A stretch of 64,000 bases of DNA from Octopus sinensis (lineage: Eukaryota). The first letter of the stretch is position 1, and each line of letters opens with the position of its first letter. The DNA lies in assembly GCF_006345805.1 (NCBI RefSeq), contig NC_043005.1, forward strand, positions 18,476,001 to 18,540,000. Reading direction: 5' to 3'. Positions 51,195-64,000 of this stretch are shown here, in pieces. Below the pieces are notes generated by a model, which searched no databases, was not told the origin of the DNA, and worked only from the letters and a program-made list of their open reading frames with translations. A program made the translations under genes and the position numbers.

Positions 51195-52530
51195 TGTTAT
51201 ATGATGAATGATATGTCTCTTGTCGTCAGGTGGTGTACAGAGAGTGAAGCTTACTTAGCGGCTAGGAAGGTGATTGGTTAACAGTAAAGTACAAGAAGAT
51301 GAGAAATTACGCAAATGTTTACGAGATTCTCGATTAATGCACGAGTAGATAAGGAGGGCTAGTCTCTGTGTATGGGAAGTAGTAAGCAGACGCCAGTCAG
51401 TGTAAAAATCAATGAAAGAACTACTTTTGCTGTTGGGGCTGTGTTGGTACAGAAGAGAGGCCGCGCGTTTGTAACATTGTTGTTAGAAGTGGGATTTTCT
51501 TTGTGGCGGTGATCCAGTTATTCACCATAGAATCTGAAGGAGTGCAAAAGGATTCAAGCAGTGAAGGCGGCGAGCTGGCAGAAACGGTAGCACGCCGGGC
51601 GAAATGTGTAGCCGTATTTCGTTCGCCGCTATGTTCTGAGTTCACATTCCACCGAGGTCGACTTTGCCTTTCGTCCTTTCGGGATCGATAAATTAAGTAC
51701 CAGTTACGCACTGGGGTCAAGGTAATCGACTTAATCCGTTTGTCTGTCCTTGTTTGTCCCCTCTATGTTTAGCCCCAAGGAAGAGATGTCTCTAGCTATA
51801 ATCAGGGAAATCCTACAGGACCAAAGTAATAGACTAAGTTTAAGGAAAGAGCAGAAAGAGCTGCTCTTACATCATCAGGGCAGCTGGACACATAGATGAG
51901 AGTAATGAAAGAGGCTAAACATCATTGCATGAAGGACCACAACAGTTCAAGGAGAAAGTGCGTGATGGACGGACTACAGCAGAACAGAACGGAGGTGATG
52001 TGAGTGATGACGCTACACGGTGTAAGCAGCTTGTTGACCAACAGTTCTAAAGGTTCGATGAAAGAATGGAGGTCAGGAGAAGTTTTGTGCTGCTGAGGCT
52101 CAGGCTGATATACATGAGCTGAATTTTCAAGATGCCCAAACTTCCAGAGTGGATGTGCCTGCAGGTGATCACAGAGTAGTTTTGTATACTAGACTGAATC
52201 ATGGGGCTTCAGTGTTTATGTCCCGATCCAGTGAAGTGCAAGACTGCAGTAGATTTCTCATTCAGAGAAGTCACAAGAATTTGACAGCAAAGTATCATGG
52301 ACGGCCTACCGTGTCCAGTTTGAGCTGCTGGCTGACCAGACTGGTTGGGATGATAGGCAAACCTTGCTATTTGTCTAAAGAGCGCTGCACCTGTGTAAGG
52401 GCTAGAAGGCAGGCACTAGAGCTGCCTGCCCACGTTACGGTAACACCTTGCCTTCTGACACTTCTGAAAGATCGATTTATGTACGCAGTAGGCAGTGCAG
52501 AGCTTAAAGTTTATGTGAAGCAGGCATAAC
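51195..52530 (+). mobile_element. Degenerate Ty3/Gypsy 5' LTR + PBS + gag fragment, interrupted by a SINE
   Basis: LTR-like tgtta...taaca (51195-51476) is followed by a PBS-like ttgttgttagaagtgggat. Gag-like EFDSKVSWTAYRVQFELLADQTGWDD starts at 52277 and is followed by ALELP...LLKDRF. Confidence 0.6.
51566..51776 (+). mobile_element. SINE, ggcggcgagctggcagaa family
   Basis: Homology to the other copies. Confidence 0.9.
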
Positions 52531-54779
52531 CGAGTACTATGCAAAAGTCATTGGCTAAAGAGAAATAATTCTGTTTGTTTAGTCAGTAACCTTTAGAATG
52601 CCTCTTCATTCATTTCATTATATTTTTCATTTTCTATTTATTTGTTTGCTTTTACCATTTTTCTTGTGGCTTCTTTCATATATTTAGCATCTGCTTTGAA
52701 TGAGTTTCCATTATATTTAATTTCTTTTATAGCACTATCATCTGTACTATTACGGTCTTCAAAGAAATTCTTATGAACATTTTCGTTAATTTACATTATA
52801 GTTATTTCTTTGATTCGTACACGTTCCTGATTTTTTTCATGTATGCATGATATAATACAGTAATATGTTAAATACGTAAGAATAACCCAAGAGGCAAGAC
52901 AGTGTAAATCAGCCTTTATTTCACAAATATTCTGATGACTTCTATGACAAAACAATCAGAACTAAATTTTCAAAGAAAGTAATGCGGCGGCAGCAGAAAG
53001 AGCTGTAGAATCTCATGAAGAGGTAAGATTTCTATTGTAGTTATAATAGCATGAAATTCTCACATTCTTCCGCAAAGAGTAGCCTGATATGATTAGATCA
53101 ATATAAATGATCAAACAGCTTACATCATTAGAACAATATCTCAAAATATCTTTTAAAGTGTAACCAGATGTCTCAGTTAGTTTTCTAACCAGATATCTCA
53201 ATTAGTTTTCTAATACGAATTATATAGCACTATAACGTGAGTAGATGTTTTGTTAGTATGATCAGGATTAGAAACAGACAAGTCTAAGCTAAGTGTTAGA
53301 GAGACTTCAGTTGGGGCAATCCCGCCATGCTTCACGGTGGCCTTATCCGGGTTATTTTCTGACGAGACCAGGTATCTACTTGCTGCGATATCTTCTCGAC
53401 CACGAAGAGAACGAATGTGAGTATATAAGAGAACCTTGTGTGTCATCCTTATCACAAATGCATCTATTCAACAGAACATTCCCTGGTAAAGAAAGCCATG
53501 TTGGTATGACTCGTTTCTGTAAACATTAAGTCACAAAGTGTTTAAGATTGTTGTTCTAGGCAACAAGAATATCTTCGAATTTAAGATGTGAGATACAGTA
53601 GATTCCCATCCGGATGTTTAAAAAATTGGAAGCAATTTCACGGCTTTTCAAAAGATATCGACATAATGCTCTAACACCTAACTTCTATTAGAGTGGAATG
53701 GGGTCAAGCAAGCAATTGGGATACACCTGTCATGGTAGATAAAATCTTACTTTTTGTCTTCAATAACATATAAACTAAGGATTTCGGAGCTGTTTCTTTT
53801 CTCCAAAGGTATTGTATTTGAAGTCAGAATTTAGTGATCGATAAAGAGATGTAAGATAACGAGCGATGATAAAGATTATTTCCGAGGACGGCCTCAGATT
53901 CAGCGAGTTGCATATTTTCGTGATATTTGATATTCATAAACTACAATACTTGTCACTAATTGGAATTACAGCTTCCCCCGAGAGTGGAAATTGAGTGTTG
54001 ATTATCTTTTATTCTTTCAGAGAAGAAAGGAGCCCTTCGGAGATGATAATCAAACAAAACTTGCACGAAATGAGGATTCTTTATTAAGGGCCACAAGCAT
54101 TTCCTAAGACGTTAAACGTGAAACCTCATGATGCGAATCCTTATGGCTAATTTGATAACCTAGAATGCAGATAGATTCAATCGAAAAATTATATTTATTG
54201 ACATTCCGTGCCATATTGTATTAAGAACAAATTTTATGGTTAGATAATTTGGGGTTTGGTTCCTTTTTGGCTTCACTACTCGTGGCGATGTCCTCTAAAC
54301 AAGTGTGCTTGTCTTCTAACTCGTTTTCATGAATATACCGTGTCTACTATAATTCTGTGGAACCCATCGCCATTTGTAAGTGAGAAACTAAGATGTTTGA
54401 ACTGAAATAATTGTTTTGAAATTAGTAAATAACAAAGTAGGATATATTATGTAAGTAGATGACATTAAATGCTGTTTAAGAGAATATAAGCCGTTGTATT
54501 TGTAATTACAAGAGTTACGTCTTGTGACAAATGCAACAAGGATCTAGATGTGTTGATTGTTAGCAAAAGTTGAAAGAGAAACCTCCAAGACCATTTGGTG
54601 GGAAGGGCGGCCATTTCAAATTTAACAATAGAATATAATCACAAAAGCGAAATAACGATTGTAGAGTAGTCGGCTAGTAAAGGAAATGTTTTTAGTTGAA
54701 CAGACGGTCTTTTAAATTTAAGCGTATGTCACAAAATTCCTCGATTGTTCAGTGGAGCAGACTAAAACCATCGATATCA

Positions 54780-55300
54780 TATTATTATAATTTTTTTGTC
54801 GGCAAACGTAGACAAGCATAACTAATTCAAAGAGAACTATTTTGGAACTATTTATGTTAAAGTGACTAGTTTTGAAGGTCTGCTAATTATTAAGTCAATA
54901 CTGGAGAAATTTGTTATAAAAGATACAAGGCAGCCTGTTTTGTTTTTGACGAAATAGAATCACTCACTGGTTCATTCAAGAATCTAAAAACCTTTGACAA
55001 GTGTCCTTTTTATCTTACATTTGAATCAAGCTGTATTGCGGACAGGACATTGGGTATGATTATGTCACGGAAGATTACTGTTGAAATTACATATTTGTGC
55101 AGTTACTTTTTTTCAAAATCATTAAAAAATTGTAGTTGGACGTGTGGTCTGACTTGTTTCAGTTTCAAAAAATTCTTCCAAAGTGATTGCGCTGGAAGCT
55201 CCCTCGTGATATTTCAAATAAAGTGCTACACCGTACGTCTGAGAATCTATTATACCTATTTCGGAAACACTATCTGGACTTACGGCAGCATTCAAAGCTA
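54780..55300 (+). mobile_element. Possible highly degenerate Helitron RepHel remnant
   Basis: Weak phrases YVKVTSFEGL / YKAAC / HW resemble HVKGPTSFEDL..FKEAC..DD.HW. This is by eye only. Confidence 0.25.
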
Positions 55301-55834
55301 GGATTTCGATTTCTAATGAATGTCGTTCGTTTAACGAAGAGAAGAGATTTTGCTTATTAAGGATTTGAAAATATTTTCATTGCTGTATACGTAGACTGTG
55401 GCGCTTTTGAAGTTACAATCTAAGCTGTTTCTGAAGTGATCATACACATTCATCAACAAGCTCTCTGGTCTATGCTTCTTTCTTTGATTTTTGGATAGAG
55501 AACCTGTGTCTCGATGCAATTTCATCTGGCGGCTGAAATGAAAGAATTTTGTCGTAATCAAAATTACTGCATAATTATATATGGTGTTCTCAAAAAAATA
55601 ATTTCGGGAATTTCTGAGGAAACGGATATTGGTAGGAGCGAAATCAGCTAAACGTCATTACCCCCTCCGTCGCCCCCTGAATGCAGCTTCATAGTCAGCA
55701 AAGTTTTAATCAACCGTCGATTACATGTGTATGAATCTCAGGAGATGTCGGCACCGTGTTGAGATTTCCTTTTTGTGGTTCATGTTCCATACGGATGACT
55801 GAAACATCCTTTCATCCTTTCAGAGTTACAAACT

Positions 55835-56219
55835 GGGAAGCACTCCGTCGGTTACGACGACGAGGGTTCCAGTTGATCCGATCAACAGAACAGCTTGCTC
55901 GTGAAATTAACGTGCAAGTGGCTGAGCACTCCACAGGCATGTGTACCCCTTAACGTAGTTCTGGGGGATATTCAGTGTGACACAGAGAGTAACAAGGCCG
56001 ACCCTTTGAAATACAGGTACAACAGAAACAGGAAGTAAGAGTGAGAGAAAGTTGTGGTGAAAGAGTACAGCAGGGATCGCCACCATCCCCTGCCGGAGCC
56101 TCGTGGAGCTTTAGGTGTTTTCGCTCAATAAACACTCACAACGCCCGGTCTGGGAATCGAAACCGCGATCCTATGACCGCGAGTCCGCTACCCTAACCAC
56201 TGGGCCATTGCGCCTCCAC
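55835..56219 (-). mobile_element. tRNA-derived SINE, tail type 2
   Basis: Perfect 14-bp TSD cagagttacaaact (55821-55834 / 56220-56233). Confidence 0.93.
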
Positions 56220-56909
56220 CAGAGTTACAAACTAAAGTAACAGGCAAGCATGTGACCCAATCCACCTAAATTTGCTGACGTCGTGCAAAGATTTGAAGCC
56301 ATTGCATTATTATGAACATATTTTACCATTGCATGACAAATCTGAAATACAGAAAGTAGCTTACGATTTTTCCCTCAATTCACTAAAGTTTTAACGATAT
56401 TGATAGTGGATTGGGGTGTATTCTAGGAGTGGCAGATAAAGTACGTTACGGTAATATATTTAATTTAATTTCTGTGTTCAGCAACGGCACAGTGAATTTT
56501 TACCCTCTTCTCGAGCTTACCTTCCTTGATGCTGATATCAAAGTCTACAGATGCCGACATAGGGAATAAAGTTCGAGGTGAAAGTATTTTGTGTCAAAAT
56601 GCCTTGAGTTACCTTGTTATGTCTTGCAAGTTCTAAGTTCAAATTCTCACGACCTTACTTTTTATTCTAAAATATTGATATCCATTGGATATTCTCTCCT
56701 TGCAAATTGCTTTGTTTATTTAGAGAGTGTACTGCTGCTATGTGAAGCAACCAAATTCTTAAATATATTCGGTTACAGCAACACCAATAATATCGAACTC
56801 AAATGAGAAATTAAACTGAAATGTTGGCGGATTTTGATTTGATTTGATAACGTACATAAAGGGACATAGCCTAATATCACTACTTATGGATTATATATAC
56901 TAATAATAT

Positions 56910-57203
56910 ATTATTTTCTACTCTATGCACAAGGCCCGAAATTTCTGGGGAGGGGACCCAGTCGATTAGATCGACACTAGTACGCGCAAGGGACTAAACT
57001 CAGAGAGAACAAACAATAACAGACTAACGGAATAAGTCGATTATATCGACCCCAGTGCGAAACTGGAACTTATTTAATCGATCCCGAAAGAATGAAAGGC
57101 AAAGTCAACCTCGGCGGAATTTGAACTCAGAACGTAGCGGCAGACGAAATACCCCTAAGCATTTCGCCCGGTGTGCTAACGGTTTTGCCAGCTCGCCGCC
57201 TTT
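56910..57203 (-). mobile_element. SINE, ggcggcgagctggcagaa family
   Basis: 12-bp TSD tactaataatat (56898-56909 / 57204-57215). Confidence 0.92.
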
Positions 57204-57249
57204 TACTAATAATATGTTACGTCTCTTATTTATATATTTATTAACATAT

Positions 57250-57685
57250 GGCGGCGTGCTGGCAGAATCGGTAGCACTCTGGACGAAATATTGTCCATAT
57301 TTAAGGCGGCGAGCTGGCAGAAACGTTAGCACGCCGGGCGAAATGTTTAGCGGTTTTTCGTCTGCCGTTACGTTCTGGGTCCAAATTCCGCCGATGTCGA
57401 CTTTGCCTTTCATCCTTTCGGGGTCAATTAAATAAGTACCAGTTACGCACTGCGGTCGATATAATCAACTTAATCCGTTTGTCTGTCCTTGTTTGTCTTC
57501 TCTGTGTTTAGTAAAGAAATAGGTATTTCATCTATCTTTACGTTCTGAGTTCAAATTCCGCTGAGGCCGACTTTACCTTTCGGGGTCGAAAAATTAAGTA
57601 CCACTTTCTTACTGGGTCGATCTAATCGACTGGGCCCCGAACCCAATATTTCGGGCCTTGTGCCAAGAACAGAAACGAATATATT
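57250..57685 (+). mobile_element. Partial head (57250-57290) plus a dimeric SINE copy (57303-57685) of the same family
   Basis: Same internal head-body-spacer-body layout as 7339-7720. Confidence 0.9.
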
Positions 57686-57971
57686 TACTGATACAATATA
57701 CTACTATTACATAATATGTCATTGCTCTTCATTTTGCTTAATAAGCAAAATTTGCATGTAAATTTACAAAACCCAAACAGTCAGAGGCATATATAGGGAA
57801 CCTGCTCTTTTTCCTATTACTGTTACAGAATAAGTTCGTCTGATGGCTAAGTAACTTTTCTAAAGAATTCATTGATAAACTAATATATGAGTTGTAGTGG
57901 GAGGTGAATTTGATCAATAGCAATGGTTTAGGACAGTTTCCATGATGGCATAGGTAATAGTACTTGTGATT

Positions 57972-58323
57972 GCTCTTTTACTCTTTTGCTTATTTCAGTC
58001 GTTTGATTGCGGCCATGCTGGAGCGGCGCCTTTAGTCAAGGAAATCGACCCCAACACTTATTCATTGTAAGCCTAGTACTTATTCTATCGGTCTCTTTTT
58101 ACTGAACCGCTAAGTTACGGGGACGTAAACATACCAGCATCGGTTGTCAAGCGATGTTCGGAAGGACAAACACACACACAAAAACACACATATATACAAC
58201 GGGCTTCTTTCAGTTTCCGTCTACCACATCGCCTCACAAGGCTTCGGTCGGCCCGAGGCTATGGTAGAAGACACTTGCCCTAGGTGCCAAGCAGTGGGAC
58301 TGAACCTGGAAGCATGTGGTTGG
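57972..58323 (-). mobile_element. tRNA-derived SINE, ggcgcaggagtggctg family, head truncated
   Basis: Homologous to 19795-20188. Confidence 0.88.
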
Positions 58324-58837
58324 CGGATGAAGTTTGTGTGAGAGCATAAAATATAATTACCGGCGAAAAGTAAATTAAAACACTAGATTTGTCGCTTCCA
58401 GTTATTTATTTATGAAACATATTGTTATTCCTGAAGATGCGTGGTGTAGTGGTTAGTGTGTAGCACTCATGATCGAAAGACCATAGTTTCGATTTCCTGA
58501 CCTGTCAGTCTGTTGTGTTCTTATGTAAAAACACTTTACTTCACCTTGTTAAAGTAAATTCATCTGTGAGTTAAGCTGCGAGGGATGAAGGCGCCGTTCA
58601 GAGCGAATATCGTGCTTATCACTTGAAGGACACAACAATGACCGACCAGCAGTGTATAACAACATCCAATACTCTGGTTTATAGTGAAATACTTATTCCT
58701 GAACTGATAACTACGACAACCAGCAATTAATACAACTTGTATTCGTATTATTAAGTATGACTACAATAAAATACATTGAACATTACTTTGGCGGGGAGCT
58801 CTAAACAGCTTTGTTGTTTAGTCATGATGTTTATATA

Positions 58838-59023
58838 TCTTTTATATAAAATCCGTTCTGTCTGTCTGTCTGTGTGTCTTCTAGGATCTCGGGCATCCTC
58901 CATCCGATTGCCGACGGTATAAGGGCGTGTACAAGTCTTGAAAAAATTACAAAAATTGATTCTTGGCGAGAATGCGATCGATAAAGCCGTAGGAACGTGC
59001 ATTTGCACGGGCAAGTATATCAG
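58838..59023 (+). mobile_element. Second non-autonomous Helitron family
   Basis: A|TC start, a tctgtctgtc motif and a subterminal hairpin cgtgca-tt-tgcacg. The terminal CTAG is degenerate. Confidence 0.5.
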
Positions 59024-59201
59024 CTGTTGCGATCGATACTACGCGTACGCGAGAAAATGCACGGTGTCTCAAATTTAGGTTGAATCAGTGTTTCTCAAAG
59101 GGGAGGCCTATGGGACGGTCGGACAACTTGTTTTGAGAAAATGTGGTTTAAATGTTTAACAACTCAGCACCGTCCATTGGACGTGGAGGGGGCATTTTTC
59201 T

Positions 59202-59207
<6 letters not shown>

Positions 59208-59237
<30 letters not shown>

Positions 59238-59268
59238 AATAAGAAGAATAATAATGATAATAATGATG

Positions 59269-59341
<73 letters not shown>
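59208..59341. repeat. (AT)n/(AAT)n microsatellite
   Basis: Directly visible. Confidence 0.96.
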
Positions 59342-59342
<1 letters not shown>

Positions 59343-59429
59343 TTGAGGGAAAATTATTCCAAACTTACAGGTGTGATCTAATTTTTCATTATTGAATTGA
59401 TAAAAGGTGTTTTTAATTTAATTTCTATA

Positions 59430-59530
<101 letters not shown>

Positions 59531-59725
59531 TGTATGTATGTATGTATATGTATATATATACAGTAGAACATCGGTTTTCGAAAAATCTGATCACGAATAA
59601 ATCGTATCGTACTTTATCTGCTGTCTTTCTCATATTCATTTAATACAGTTGTTTAGGAACCGCTCTAATCACAAATAAATCGTGCTTAATATATATATTT
59701 ATATCTATCTATCTATCTCTCCCTC

Positions 59726-59779
<54 letters not shown>

Positions 59780-60550
59780 GGTAATAAATATTTTAGACCA
59801 CCAGTGGCCTAGCGTGTAGAAAATATTTTTGTTTTTCCCTTCGAAATTTTTATCCCTAATAGTGGTTTGGTCTTCGGCTGTTCCTTCTAGTGTGCCAGGA
59901 TTCTAGTGTGGCAGTTGCTTCATATATATATACATATATATATATATAAAGCACGAATTATTCGCGATCAGAGTTGTTCGAAAACCTAGGTACTACCGTA
60001 TATGCATTATCGTAGCTGAGTACATTTACACATGCATGTATATGTGTTTTTCAGTGTGTATATATCGGTGCTTGCGTGTGTGTGATTGTATGTGTGTGTA
60101 TGTAGTTATGTATGTTTCTATATATAGTCATCCTTATGCAGTTTTACATGAATCTATAAACAAATGTCGTTGTACCTAAAGGAGTTTGGATAGTGACCGT
60201 AACATTAAATAAGCATTCGTTTGAAATAAAGAAAACACAACCAGAATGGAAACTTTACTACAAATATCAAATTATAAAAATTATGCTGATTATTGTAATC
60301 ATTTTTTAATGCATTTTATCAATTATATGATATTTCAATAATGGTGTATACTGTAAATGGATTATAAGCTGTTTTGTTCAGACGTAGTGTCACCAATATC
60401 CGACGTTACCATACTCACTTCTCACCTTTCTTACAAACAAACTGCCTTATTCAATATCTGAGTATAAATAAATAAATATTTGTGTATGTGTGAGTGTGTG
60501 TGTGTGTGTATGTGTGAGTGTGTGCGAGTGTGCTTGTGTCTATGTATATG

Positions 60551-60590
<40 letters not shown>

Positions 60591-60716
60591 TAAATTAGAG
60601 ACAAAACCACTATTAGGCAAATCATACAATGAAAAACTTAAGCCAATACATAAGATTATTTAATTTATATTATTTAAATATATAACAAAATTATTAAAAA
60701 ATTATAATTAATATAA

Positions 60717-60780
60717 CACTACGATCGTTTCATGGCTGTTAATTTCTTTAAATTTTCGAGTTACAGTCATTCATCAGGTG
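60717..60780 (-). ncRNA. Complete minimal type I hammerhead ribozyme (PLE-type)
   Basis: CAC-CTGATGA-atgactgt...acagccat-GAAA-CGATCG-TA|GTG. Confidence 0.75.
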
Positions 60781-60852
60781 GTTTAAATGAGTTCATTGTT
60801 TAAACCTAGCCAAGATAAATATTTAAACCACCTGATGAATGACTGTAACTCG
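60757..60852. repeat. Perfect 32-bp inverted repeat (60757-60788 / 60821-60852) with a 32-nt spacer
   Basis: cgagttacagtcattcatcaggtggtttaaat and its exact reverse complement. Confidence 0.95.
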
Positions 60853-60879
60853 CAAATATATGTATACATATCAAAATAA

Positions 60880-60990
60880 AAACCTGATGCAAAGGATTTA
60901 GCGGTACATATGTTTCGGGCTATCACCTACACCACTAAATGGTATATACAGGTGCTTACAATTATCAAGTATTCGCCTTGAATATATGTA
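60880..60990 (-). mobile_element. Partial copy of the 30.1-30.4 kb hammerhead-bearing PLE-like repeat
   Basis: Shares gcaaaggatt.gcggtacatatgtttcgggct and atcacct..accact...gtgcttaca.ttatcaagtattc with 30150-30420. Confidence 0.75.
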
Positions 60991-61172
60991 AACATATATA
61001 CATACATATATATATTTATGTATAAAAAATATATATAAAAATCCAAAATGGGACAAGAACGCAAAACACTCAAACAGACGACACAAAAAAACGGACGGGT
61101 CATTCGAAGCCCCCAATCCCCAGTTAAGAACCGGATTATCCTCGCAACCTCGGCTGATATATGTATATATAT

Positions 61173-61208
<36 letters not shown>

Positions 61209-62633
61209 CTGTGTGTGTGTGTGTGTCTATGTATGTATATGTATGTATACGACAGGCTTCTTTGAGCTTTCGTCTACTAAATCCAGCCACAAGGCTTTGG
61301 TTGGTCCGATGCTGTAGAAAAGAGAGAGAGAGAAACTTCTAACTTTTGTTTGCAGGAACGATAGTATGCTTGATTACATTATATCGTCTTTCTGGTTTCA
61401 AATTCAGAGTTGGCTTAATCCATATCAGCCGTAATAAAAAAAATATGCCAGTCCCAGTGAACACATAGATTTAACTAGCCATAGTCCTTATACTAACAGA
61501 GAGAAAGATGCATTGTACTCGAGCAAATATAAGATATTGTTACCAATACAATATAGAAAGTATTACTATTGAACTGGTTAACGTGTGGCAAAATTAGCAA
61601 AGTAATATATCTTCAATAATGAAATTATAAATCTCGTATACTTCCACTTTCTAACTTATAGAAATTCTAACACTTGAAATTTTAAAAAGCAGATTGTAAT
61701 TAAAATGCAAATATATTTGTACTGCACCAAGTAATTACAAAGTAAGCTTCTTAAGCCTACAACATACTGCGCCAAATGATTTTCAATCGAAATTACTTTT
61801 TCCACTTGAAATATTGTCTTTCTACCTAGCAGGAAGACGCATCAATTAATTTTGCAATATCATAATGCCTAACAATTTATGATATTGCAAGATCATCCAT
61901 TTCTCTTATATACTGTATCTGTTCCCACAATGTTGCTTTCTCTGATACTCAATTTCCACCTGTTTATCGATTATCGATTACTTTTCGGGACTTATGCAAA
62001 CTTATGTAATAATAACTTGGACAATTAAACACGGCACATATTGTTTTTTTAGGACGTTCGAGACAGGCGGAACGAGAGAAAGAAAGTTCTCCTTAAAACA
62101 GAGATCTGTTTCCCATGTGTATAATAGAATGGATTCCTCTAAAGACACTCAAGGTTAGGAGTTGTTTGTGAAGTGGATGATGCACACTTTTACACCCAGA
62201 ACATTAACGCACCTTGTAATAGGCTTTCACAATATTTCCTTCAACTAATTTTCATTTACAAGGCATTATTTTTTACATCTGATTTCAAGTAGTTGCTAAG
62301 TGAAATTCTTAAGCCTACATCATACTGCACCAAATGCTCTTCAAATATTGAAATATTGTCTTTTTACGTAGCAGAGCAACGCAGCTGAACATTCTAACTG
62401 ATACACATTGATGGGAGTAGCGCTTGTCCCCAGTCCAAATTTGATTGACCCGGCCAATAATCTATAGCAGTCTAGGTGTAATCAAACGATGTTTTGATGA
62501 GTATATAAGATTAGATTAATGTTTCCTTTCCAGTCTGTAGCTGTGATTTGAGGGAGTTTAAGCAGGGCAAGCGGTCATGTCGGGTATCCTTAGCTTGTTT
62601 TCTATTCAATGTGTAACTTTTATCGATTTTATA

Positions 62634-62852
62634 TATTGGGTTTTCCCAACAAATTTTATTCAACAAAAACAATAACAACATGTAACAAAAACATCTTTAA
62701 ATGATTATTCCGGTGCATATACACAATCTACTTCAATTAGTGTTTCCCATTTGCTTGGCAGACGGTCTGACCGTCATGTTTTTGTTAAATATTGGTATTG
62801 TTTTTGTTGAATAAAATTTGTTGAAAAATGCCGCAATAATTATGCACCAATA
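62634..62852. mobile_element. Mariner-derived MITE with long inverted arms
   Basis: 47-bp arms at 62648-62694 / 62776-62822 (3 mismatches). The reverse complement of the right end, ttggtgcataattattgcggcattttt, resembles the Hsmar1/MADE1 TIR. TA flanks are present. Confidence 0.7.
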
Positions 62853-63732
62853 TAATATTTTTTGGGCAGTTGCTTCATGGAGTTCATTTTCAACGTTCGA
62901 TTCCCAAATTAAAATATAAAATAATATATTGTTACTGTATATCTTGCAAACCTACAATAGCCAATTCATGGGATTTTTATCCTCATTGTCGTGAACATAT
63001 CTCATTGCTTAGTCCTAATTAAAATCTGATTGAACACATGAATAGCCCACAAAGATATTCCTTACAATCATGATCGCCGAATCATCTACTATATCGAGAA
63101 ATAAATTTTCTAATCTAGATTTCCTTTCTTTGACGTTCACATGTGACTTGATGGAGATTTGGTTGTTATTTTTACCAGATTCAGTGACCGCGTAGATGTT
63201 TCTTCATCTTTGGATATTTTCACGGAGTTTTTGAAAAGACTTTATAAATAACAAAACAACACATTTAAAACTTCTCTACTGCTTTAGTAAACTCCATTTG
63301 ATTTTAATTTAATACTGTGTGTCAAAAAAGATATATTCTAGACACTGACATACTGTTTATTTCATGACAGCTCTAACTTCATCTTTCTTGCGTTTATTTC
63401 AAGAATTTTTTATTTTCATTTTCATTCAAATCATATTTTATAAATTTCTGTACTACTTTGACGTAGGAATATACTCCTAATTGCTCCCTATGAGAGGCGA
63501 TCTCTATTTATCCATCAATAAGTCATATTATAATATAATTTAAATTTGTTGTTTCGCAAAATTTTGTATGGAAAAATATAATAAAAGTTGCCTTACGGTC
63601 GAGTTATTACGCATAGTCTCACTTCTTTTTAACTAAATTTACTGCACTCACGTACAAAACGTGATATTATCACTATATGAAACTACGGGCTGGAAGCGAA
63701 AATGGCTAGACAGCGACTCAGCAGAAATCCAG

Positions 63733-63835
63733 TACACATACATACATACATACATACATACATACATACATACATACATACATACATACATACATACAAA
63801 CATATATACATACATGCATGCATGCATACATACAC
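63733..63835. repeat. (ACAT)n microsatellite
   Basis: Directly visible. Confidence 0.97.
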
Positions 63836-64000
63836 ACAATACATACGTTGTATATGTGGAACAAATGATAAAGGAGAGCTCAATACATGTTGTAGAAGAT
63901 ATACATTTTTACTTAAAGTGAAGCTGAGAGTTTGACTCGTGACCTCAAATTTCTTAAGCCATATTTAAATGGCAAATATACGTCACGATGTGTTGCAGTT

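Noticed and set aside
59086-59145. 60-bp hAT-like mini-element (cagtgtttctcaaa...tttgagaaaatgtg)
   Set aside because: The TIR is imperfect and the TSD matches only 6/8, which is insufficient.

Overview
AT-rich, microsatellite-dense animal genomic DNA. The repeat repertoire looks like a coleoid cephalopod (Octopus-like), but that is inferred from remembered repeat families and not proven here. The only host coding sequence I can support is one exon of an SLC6 neurotransmitter/amino-acid:Na+ symporter (48383-48530, +). A phase-compatible upstream exon may lie at ~40758-40793. The rest is mobile DNA: six R4/Dong-type RLE LINE copies, a Tx1/L1-type LINE embedded in (GATA)n, and Penelope-like (PLE) remnants carrying minimal hammerhead ribozymes. 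There are also three tRNA-type SINE groups, non-autonomous Helitrons, hAT and mariner MITEs, a Chapaev3-like fossil and a Gypsy LTR/gag fossil. The most unusual observations are: (1) an antisense 18S rRNA helix-18 fragment with compensatory substitutions spliced between a broken hammerhead and a PLE GIY-YIG tail; (2) three hammerhead families with palindromic stem III, two preceded by inverted arms that would sequester the ribozyme and one 163 nt upstream of the SLC6 exon; (3) apparent partitioning of retroelement clades among different microsatellite targets. All alignments were done by eye and no database searches were run.
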